Shown: in pieces, positions 57,638-64,000 of the stretch | Position numbering within the stretch: position 1 is the first letter of the stretch | How the letters are laid out: every line of letters starts with the position of its first letter | DNA from: an uncultured bacterium | Lineage (GTDB): Bacteria > Nitrospirota > Thermodesulfovibrionia > Thermodesulfovibrionales > Dissulfurispiraceae | Length of the DNA: 64,000 nt | Reading direction: 5' to 3' | NCBI GenBank assembly: GCA_937949555.1 | Contig: CALEDV010000023.1 | Location: 12,869-76,868 of the forward strand | Made by a program: the position numbers and the translations under genes | Notes under the pieces: model-generated | What the model saw: only the letters and a program-made list of their open reading frames with translations | Told to the model about the DNA's origin: nothing | Databases searched by the model: none

Positions 57638-57711
57638 TTAAGAGGGGTTTCAGTTAAAGGATGCAAAGGGTCAACAGTGTATAACAGGCTGAGCCAGAGG
57701 AGGAATAATCA

Positions 57712-57870
57712 ATGTCTGAACAACAGTTGTGTATAGTTTGCGCTTACAGGGCTACTTGTCAAAAGCAGTTTTCCATGCCTGCTGGAAGAAGGTGTCCTGA
57801 ATTTACAAAGGACCTTACAATAAGGGAACCCAAGTCTGCCCAAGAGGGGGCAGAACAAAAGAAAGAATAA
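57712..57870 (+). CDS. Small Cys-rich protein (52 aa), not in the ORF track
   Basis: Own translation: MSEQQLCIVCAYRATCQKQFSMPAGRRCPEFTKDLTIREPKSAQEGAEQKKE. GGAGG RBS 8 nt upstream. The stop is 4 nt before the next gene start. Confidence 0.55.
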   Translation: MSEQQLCIVCAYRATCQKQFSMPAGRRCPEFTKDLTIREPKSAQEGAEQKKE

Positions 57871-57874
57871 GATT

Positions 57875-58897
57875 GTGATATTATTACTGGTCAAAAAATA
57901 TGGAATAACTAACCGCTCCTTGTGGATTCCTTTAAGGTTTTGGGCGCTCATTTTTATCATGATGCCTGTTTTAATTATAGGATGCGGTAAAAAATCTCCC
58001 CCCACACTGAAGGCTTACGAGATACCAAAACAGGTGCAGCAACTCCAAGCAGAGAGATTAGAGGATGAGGTTTTATTGTCCTGGGACTATCCATCGCCTG
58101 ACATAAAAAGGATAAAGGGGTTTATCTTGACGAAAACTCATCGGGGGAAAGAGGAGCATATATCGCTTGGTTCGGATATAAAGAAATTTAAGGACCTCTC
58201 CATTAAAGAGGGAGAAACCTATGAATACCGTATCAGGGCAGTCAATAGCAAGGATATCCCAGGCCCCTATTCAGAACGATTAGTTGTTAAAGTATGTCCT
58301 ATGCCAGAGCCTCCAGAAGAACTCACTTATAGGGTGCATAGGGATTCCGTTGAAATAATATGGGGCTCTGCAGAAATAAGGAGAACTGTGGTTAATAAAT
58401 GTCAGGAACCAATAAGGTACAACCTTTACAGAACTCAAGGGTTTGGGGCGTTGAATCTTTCTCCCCTAAACGACAAACCTATAGAATCAAATAGTATCAG
58501 GGTACCTGTGGATCTCCACAAAGGGGAGCCCAACAAGAAGGCATATTTTTCTATAAGACCTACAATAAGACAGGGCATAACCCATACAGGCAGGGCATCA
58601 AAGGTTATTGCAGTGTCTCCAGAGGATTTTGTCCCTTCCAGTCCCTTATTTATAGATACCACTATAAATAACGGGCGTGTCTATCTTAATTGGCAAGAGG
58701 CCCCAGAGACATGGGTCAGGGGATATAGGGTTTATAGAAGGGATGCAGAGGGCAATTTTGTTGTTGTTGGTGAAACTCAAACACCCTTTTTTACAGAGCA
58801 TATAGGCAAAGTGCAGATGGTACATTACAGGGTTACATCTTTAGGTCCCTCAAGGGAAAGCCTGCCTTCAGAAAGGATAATTGCAAATGACCGATAG
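57875..58897 (+). CDS. Lipoprotein with fibronectin-type-III-like repeats
   Basis: 340 aa. Lipobox-like VLIIGC. FN3-type strands GETYEYRIRAVN, YNLYRT, GYRVYRRD...HYRVTSLG. GTG start. Confidence 0.65.
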   Translation: MILLLVKKYGITNRSLWIPLRFWALIFIMMPVLIIGCGKKSPPTLKAYEIPKQVQQLQAERLEDEVLLSWDYPSPDIKRIKGFILTKTHRGKEEHISLGSDIKKFKDLSIKEGETYEYRIRAVNSKDIPGPYSERLVVKVCPMPEPPEELTYRVHRDSVEIIWGSAEIRRTVVNKCQEPIRYNLYRTQGFGALNLSPLNDKPIESNSIRVPVDLHKGEPNKKAYFSIRPTIRQGITHTGRASKVIAVSPEDFVPSSPLFIDTTINNGRVYLNWQEAPETWVRGYRVYRRDAEGNFVVVGETQTPFFTEHIGKVQMVHYRVTSLGPSRESLPSERIIANDR

Positions 58898-59912
58898 CAA
58901 AGACAGAATACTCCTTGCCCATGGCAGCGGCGGCACCATGATGCATAGTCTTATAAAGGAGGTGATAGCACCTACCCTCAATATGTCTCAGCTTGGAGAT
59001 GCTGCCCTCGTGGGTTTGCCTTCTTTGAAGGGACTAAGGCTTGCCTTTACAACAGATTCTTATGTGGTTTCACCTCTTTTCTTTCCTGGGGGCAATATTG
59101 GAGACCTTGCTGTTAATGGCACTGTAAATGATTTATCTATGGTAGGCGCCGAGCCTGTCTGTCTCTCTGTTGGCATTATCATAGAGGAGGGGCTCCCTCT
59201 TGAAACACTGAGAGAGGTGCTCTCCAGCATGCAGAGAGCTGCCCAACGGGCAAAGGTAAAGATAATTACAGGCGATACAAAGGTGGTTGACCGCGGCAAG
59301 TGCGACCAACTCTTTATAAATACCGCAGGGGTAGGTTTTGTGTATGAAGATACCGATCTGGGTCCCCATAGGATAAAGCCAGGCGATAAGGTATTAGTAA
59401 GTGGCATGATAGGTTGTCACGGTATTGCAGTTATGGCAGAACGTAATGGTTTGACCTTTGACCCTCCTGTCATAAGCGACTCGGCCCCTTTAAATGAGAT
59501 TACAGGGCTTATTCTCAAGGAAAAGGGTGCAGTAAAAATGATGCGAGACCCAACCAGGGGAGGAGTAGCCACAACACTCAAGGAAATAGCCTTAGAGAGC
59601 AGACTCAATATGGAGATAGAGGAAACAGCCCTCCCAGTGCCTGGTGGAGTAAAGGGCGCCTGTGAGCTCTTAGGACTAGACCCTTTGTATGTGGCTAACG
59701 AGGGTATTTTAATTGCAATCCTATCACCTGACAGGGCAGAATCAATACTTTCACTGATTAAGGGTCTTCGGATAGGTAAGTATGCTGCAATAATAGGCGA
59801 GGTCGTTCAACCCACAGAGGGCAGAGATTCTATGGTTATCATGAAAACCCCAATGGGGGGCAGAAGGATTATAGATATGCTTGCAGGAGAACAACTCACA
59901 AGGATATGCTAA
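58887..59912 (+). CDS. hypE: Hydrogenase maturation protein HypE (PurM superfamily)
   Basis: ILLAHGSGG N-terminus, DTKVV, C-terminal ...LTRIC (conserved terminal Cys). ATG at 58887 (the ORF track begins 58881). Overlaps the upstream gene by 11 nt. Confidence 0.85.
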   Translation: MTDSKDRILLAHGSGGTMMHSLIKEVIAPTLNMSQLGDAALVGLPSLKGLRLAFTTDSYVVSPLFFPGGNIGDLAVNGTVNDLSMVGAEPVCLSVGIIIEEGLPLETLREVLSSMQRAAQRAKVKIITGDTKVVDRGKCDQLFINTAGVGFVYEDTDLGPHRIKPGDKVLVSGMIGCHGIAVMAERNGLTFDPPVISDSAPLNEITGLILKEKGAVKMMRDPTRGGVATTLKEIALESRLNMEIEETALPVPGGVKGACELLGLDPLYVANEGILIAILSPDRAESILSLIKGLRIGKYAAIIGEVVQPTEGRDSMVIMKTPMGGRRIIDMLAGEQLTRIC

Positions 59913-61156
59913 TTACGGGTTATCTCTAACCTTACCACAAAGCTCTTTCTTCCGTAACTTGTGTCTATATCAACGTACAGAGGCATACTTAAAAAAGAAA
60001 AGACATAACTTGCTGATATTTCTTCCTCTGGACTCAGTGGAGTGGAAGGATTGAATACCGCCGTCAAGGCTCCCGAATTAGGGTCATAGGTTTGTATAGT
60101 AGCGACTTTATCGGCAGTAAAAACCTGTAGAGAACTCGTTCTTATAAGCGCCATAATGCCAAGGGCTGTATTGGATTTATTAAGGGTGAAACGGCATATA
60201 TTGCCTATGCATTTTGAGGCAGCTGTGCCAAGGCTTTCCCCGCCATACCTCCTCAGGGGGTCACCTGAATATTGCACAGTAATGGGGGCATTCCTAAACC
60301 CCATAGCCTTTGTAATCTCAATCTGCCTTCCAACCACACTTCCATAGACTGTAGAGCCAGATACAAGCCTATCAGAAGAATCCTGCTGTAAGGATAGGGT
60401 ATCGTAATAAACCTTCACATCTTTTCCTGTAGGTAGGTTATTGAGTTGTCTAAGGGGTGTTATGTACATCGCGTAAATTTCGTTGCCCTCAGCAATACCC
60501 TTTTTAAAATTGAGCAGCCAGGTCCTTGATGTAGTATTGTAGCTTCCTGAGCCATCGCCTGTTAAGGCGCCAAGGTTAGCGCTCTCCTGAAGAGAGAGCA
60601 CTAGGTCGGTAAACCTCATAGTGCCTCTGGTATAGTCATAGGAAGGCACATTTTCAAACCTTGTGCATGTTGTGCTTGTGCTATCTGCTGTGCATCCTGT
60701 GCGGCCTGTAAGCCCCGTCTTTGTATATGCTATGTCGCCAATTGTTTCTGTGTAGTTAGTGTAGTTTGTCTGAGACCTCGTAGGGTTTTCATCCTTCAGA
60801 TATACAAGGGGGGCAAATACCCTGTCGGAGTCCGTAAGGGCCGTCAAGGTGATAGAGGCGTTTGCCTTGGAGTTGATAATTTTATTGAGCGCTGTAGATT
60901 TGCTTATTGATTGTCCTGAAGCAGTTGTCCATCTTACTGTAGCTGAATGGATAACGCAGCTTACTACGGCATCACAGTTGGCTGTAAAAGAGAGTGTCTC
61001 TGCTGCGCCAGATATAGTAGTAGAGGACTTTACTGCAGGAATGTCAGTAATTCTTACATCATCCTCTGGTTCTTTCTCGCCTCCTCCGCAACCATAAAGA
61101 GCAATAGAACAAGCAATAGAGAGAAGCAACGCCAAAAGGATGTTTAATATTTTCAT
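59909..61156 (-). CDS. Lipoprotein of unknown function
   Basis: 415 aa. Signal plus lipobox ALYGCGG. Thr/Ser-rich, several Cys pairs. No motif I recognise. Confidence 0.6.
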   Translation of the reverse strand: MKILNILLALLLSIACSIALYGCGGGEKEPEDDVRITDIPAVKSSTTISGAAETLSFTANCDAVVSCVIHSATVRWTTASGQSISKSTALNKIINSKANASITLTALTDSDRVFAPLVYLKDENPTRSQTNYTNYTETIGDIAYTKTGLTGRTGCTADSTSTTCTRFENVPSYDYTRGTMRFTDLVLSLQESANLGALTGDGSGSYNTTSRTWLLNFKKGIAEGNEIYAMYITPLRQLNNLPTGKDVKVYYDTLSLQQDSSDRLVSGSTVYGSVVGRQIEITKAMGFRNAPITVQYSGDPLRRYGGESLGTAASKCIGNICRFTLNKSNTALGIMALIRTSSLQVFTADKVATIQTYDPNSGALTAVFNPSTPLSPEEEISASYVFSFLSMPLYVDIDTSYGRKSFVVRLEITRN

Positions 61157-61165
61157 GGGGGTATT

Positions 61166-62656
61166 TTACTCAAATTTTGCACTTACTGCAATATCGCTGT
61201 TTAATACAAAGGTGCAAGGATTGTTGTTTGTGCAGCCTGCTATGCCTGACCATTCTACAAAAGAAGAGCCAGTTTGAGGTATTGCATAGAGGGTAACATT
61301 ATTCCCCCCGAGCATTGAAGATGAACAGGCAGTTCCGCAGGCAATACCGTTAGGAGATGAATAGATATCTCCAGAACCTGCACCGGCCTTTGAAACATTC
61401 AAAGAATAAAGCACCCCCGTGCTTGTGGCTGATATGGATATAGTAGTAGCTACAGCCATGGTTGAGGATTTTATGACTATGCTTGCCCTATTGAGACCTG
61501 CCACATCGGATACAAACTTGACATCTATCCTGCATGACCCTGACTTGTGCAGGACAACGCCTGTGCATAGGTCGTTGCCAATAGAGAACTGGGCATCACC
61601 TGTCTTTGTAACGGAGGATATCTCAAGGGGCACATCGCTTACATTTATAACTGTAAAGGGTTGGGTGAAGGTCCCATTAGGTTGCAGGTAACCGAAGTTT
61701 ATAATTGATGGATTTGTGATGAGGTAGTTGTTGTTGGCCTTGATCACAGCACCTTCAAAGCCTGCAGACACAAATATGTTGTTCCTATAAGCTACGGCAT
61801 TAAGGGTCGTATTGCTACCTGTGTTTAAGGCAATCCATGTGGTGGCGTCATTTGAATAGAGAACTGTTCCATTCTGTCCTGCAGCCAAAAATAGAGAGTC
61901 CCCAAAGGTTAGAGCCCTCAGGTAGCTGCCTGTCCTTGAATCTTGTTGCACCCAAACAGCACCGTCAATGGAGCGTAAGATTGCCCCACCATCCCCTACA
62001 GCAGTGAAGACGCCATTTCCAAAGGCAACGGCCCTGAGATTGTATTTTACTGGCGATGGGAGTTGCCTCCAGGATGCACCGTCTTCTGAGACAATGATCA
62101 CCCCTTGATTGCCAACGGCAGTAAATATTCCACTACCGTAAGCTACAGCATTGAGGTCTGATTGCACAGGGGAATCCATTAACTCCCAATTTGTCCCACC
62201 CTCTGACCTGAGGATTACACCCCCCTGACCCACTGCAACAAAGAGGGCGTTTCTGTTAGCAACACCCTTGAGGGTCTTATCTGTCTTTTTGACTTTTTCA
62301 TACCACTGGATACCATTTGATGATGTCAGGATAGTGCCCATTGAGCCCACTGCTACATATAAATCACTTGATAGGGCCGAATACCTGTAGGTGACCGCCC
62401 TCAAGTCTGCCTCTGTTCTGCTGTTTGCTGTTTGCCATGTGGCGCCATCAAAGGATACGCCTATGTAACCGTTGTCACCCACAACCACAAAGGAGCCTGT
62501 CTTAGAGCCGTAGGTTATGCCATAAATGTCGCTGTTATGCTCAAGTTGTAGCCTTTGAAAGGAGAGATAGGACGGATTTGCCTCAGATTGGGATGGAACT
62601 AAGGCAAGAAATATAAAACTTAGAAAAAACAATATCGATGACATCCTTATGCCCAT
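61166..62656 (-). CDS. Secreted seven-bladed beta-propeller (Ycf48/BNR-like repeats) with two C-terminal Ig-like/B-repeat-like domains
   Basis: 496 aa. Signal peptide. Seven repeats of F.AVG..G.IL.S.DG..W (for example FVAVGQGGVILRSEGGTNW). Then INFGYLQPNGTFTQPFTVINVSD..LEI and a ...FVEWSGIAGCTNNNPCTF tail. Confidence 0.7.
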   Translation of the reverse strand: MGIRMSSILFFLSFIFLALVPSQSEANPSYLSFQRLQLEHNSDIYGITYGSKTGSFVVVGDNGYIGVSFDGATWQTANSRTEADLRAVTYRYSALSSDLYVAVGSMGTILTSSNGIQWYEKVKKTDKTLKGVANRNALFVAVGQGGVILRSEGGTNWELMDSPVQSDLNAVAYGSGIFTAVGNQGVIIVSEDGASWRQLPSPVKYNLRAVAFGNGVFTAVGDGGAILRSIDGAVWVQQDSRTGSYLRALTFGDSLFLAAGQNGTVLYSNDATTWIALNTGSNTTLNAVAYRNNIFVSAGFEGAVIKANNNYLITNPSIINFGYLQPNGTFTQPFTVINVSDVPLEISSVTKTGDAQFSIGNDLCTGVVLHKSGSCRIDVKFVSDVAGLNRASIVIKSSTMAVATTISISATSTGVLYSLNVSKAGAGSGDIYSSPNGIACGTACSSSMLGGNNVTLYAIPQTGSSFVEWSGIAGCTNNNPCTFVLNSDIAVSAKFE

Positions 62657-62727
62657 AATAACGCCTCCTAATAAGTTTGATATGTCTATATTATCGTCAA
62701 GCTTTTATCAGCCTTCATAATAATGAA

Positions 62728-63504
62728 CTAAAACAAAAGGCTATTGTCATTTAGGATCTCCTTGGCAAGGGCAACATAAGCCTGGGCCCCTGCTGAATTA
62801 GGGGCATAAAGCACTGCTGGCTTGCCATGACTGGGGGACTCTGCCAAAACAATGTTTCTTGGGATAACGGTATCATAAACCTTGGATTTAAATATCCTCC
62901 TGATATCCTCTGCAACCTGCCTTGAAAGGGCTATGTGACGGTTAAACATGGTCAACAGTATTCCTTCCATGTCCAAGGTTTCATTGAATCCACCCCTGAT
63001 GCGCCAAAGCAGTTTTATCAATAGGCTCAGTCCTTCCATGGCAAAGTATTCGCATTGCACCGGCACAAGGACAGACTCAGAGGCGATCAAGGCATTTAGG
63101 GTAAGAAGTCCAAAGGAGGGAGGGCAGTCTATAAACACATACTTCCAGTTGTCCTTGATAGGGGCGAGAAGTTTTAGCAGAGACATCTCTCTATTATCAG
63201 ACCTTTCAAGCAGTTCAATCTCTGCGGCGAAGAGATCCATAGAGGCAGGCAGCACGAAGAGATTGGGTATTTCAGTGGGTGAAAGGGCCTCTTCAAGTCT
63301 TATCTTGCCCGTATATAACTCATAGAGTCCGCGTTTTAGCTGGTCCTTTTTTATTCCCAGTCCACTGGTAAGATTACCTTGGGGATCAGAGTCTATGACA
63401 AGGATATTTTCTCCTGCAAGGGCAAGGGATGCAGAGAGATTCAGGGCTGTAGTGGTTTTGCCCACACCACCCTTTTGATTAGTTATCGCAATTACCTTGC
63501 CCAC
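62728..63504 (-). CDS. parA: ParA/Soj-family ATPase (no parB adjacent)
   Basis: 258 aa. KVIAITNQKGGVGKTTTALNL deviant Walker A, VIDSDPQGN, FIDCPP. Confidence 0.88.
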   Translation of the reverse strand: MGKVIAITNQKGGVGKTTTALNLSASLALAGENILVIDSDPQGNLTSGLGIKKDQLKRGLYELYTGKIRLEEALSPTEIPNLFVLPASMDLFAAEIELLERSDNREMSLLKLLAPIKDNWKYVFIDCPPSFGLLTLNALIASESVLVPVQCEYFAMEGLSLLIKLLWRIRGGFNETLDMEGILLTMFNRHIALSRQVAEDIRRIFKSKVYDTVIPRNIVLAESPSHGKPAVLYAPNSAGAQAYVALAKEILNDNSLLF

Positions 63505-63506
63505 TG

Positions 63507-64000
63507 TTAAGGGTTATCGTGCAAGACATGGATATTGTATTTTTTTATCTTGTAACCTATCTGTCGAGGGGTAATTCCAAGCATCTTCGATGCCCTTGAT
63601 TGAATCCATCCAGACTTCTCTAAGGCTGCAATTATCTTTGTCTTTTCAATCTCTTCAATTGTAAGGGGAAGGGCATCTTTTATATGGCTGCTGAATTTTA
63701 TTTTCATGTCCTGTTCTCGAATATTAAAGGGAAGGTCTGAGGGCTTTATTATCTCGTTTTTTGACATTACCACAAGCCTCTCAATTGTATTTTCAAGCTC
63801 ACGCACATTCCCCTGCCAGTCGTAGGTCATAAGAATGGATAGTGCCTCAGGGGATAGGGAGACTTTTTTATTATTTTCCCTGTTGAATATGGTAAGGAAG
63901 TGTTCAATAAGCATTGGGATGTCCTCTCTCCTTTCCCTAAGGGCAGGCAACAGTAAGGGTATCACATTGAGTCTGTAAAAAAGGTCTTCCCTAAAATAGC
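63507..64000 (-). CDS. Sigma-54-dependent (NtrC-family) transcriptional activator, C-terminal part; 5' end beyond the window
   Basis: ...FYRLNVIPLLLPALRERREDIPMLIEHFL...WQGNVRELENTIER... and a Fis-type HTH SRASKMLGITPRQIGYKIKKY. The frame stays open to the window edge. The stop is 2 nt before the parA start. Confidence 0.85.
   Translation of the reverse strand, partial: YFREDLFYRLNVIPLLLPALRERREDIPMLIEHFLTIFNRENNKKVSLSPEALSILMTYDWQGNVRELENTIERLVVMSKNEIIKPSDLPFNIREQDMKIKFSSHIKDALPLTIEEIEKTKIIAALEKSGWIQSRASKMLGITPRQIGYKIKKYNIHVLHDNP

Noticed and set aside
57049-58005. ORF-track ORFs 57049-57231, 57188-57418, 57428-57736 (plus) and 57709-58005 (minus)
   Set aside because: They are low-complexity and mutually overlapping, lack an RBS, and are antisense to or overlapping better-supported features (gene remnants, the 52-aa Cys-rich ORF, the FN3 lipoprotein start).

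Overview
64-kb chromosomal segment from an anaerobic, outer-membrane-bearing sulfite/sulfate-reducing bacterium. dsrA-dsrB-dsrD sits among core genes: smc, pckG, speE, rplT-pheS-pheT, mutS2, glnB-glnA, rho, htrA, three hsp20 and tRNA-Val/tRNA-Asp. Lineage cannot be fixed from the sequence alone; Thermodesulfovibrio/Nitrospirota-like and deltaproteobacteria-like are both plausible. I count about 60 protein genes, 2 tRNAs and 1 cobalamin riboswitch. There is no rRNA, no CRISPR array and no intact transposase or integrase. Regions worth a second look: (i) a partner-switching module without a sigma factor (GAF-PP2C phosphatase, RsbW-like kinase, STAS protein with the phosphorylatable Ser) translationally coupled to an MlaEFD + PqiC-like lipid-transport operon, which suggests a phospho-regulated MlaB equivalent. 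(ii) A cobalamin-riboswitch-controlled TonB/ABC uptake operon that also carries a HutW/ChuW-like radical SAM enzyme, a flavodoxin, an unannotated Com-like zinc-ribbon ORF and a Cys-rich small-domain protein. (iii) A family of ~205-bp long-palindrome (MITE/Correia-like) repeats present three times. (iv) A ~170-nt candidate sRNA bounded by a promoter and a terminator, with five A(N)GGA motifs (CsrA-sponge-like). (v) A RelE/ParE-RHH cassette bracketed by 90-bp direct repeats next to a decayed ATPase gene, occupying the place of infC-rpmI upstream of rplT. (vi) Sigma-54 promoter matches in front of the hsp20 triplet and the GATase-glnB-glnA cluster. (vii) Two clusters of exported proteins of unknown function around an orphan hypE and an orphan parA. 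All functional calls come from motif recognition by eye on the supplied translations and on my own translations; no database search was run.
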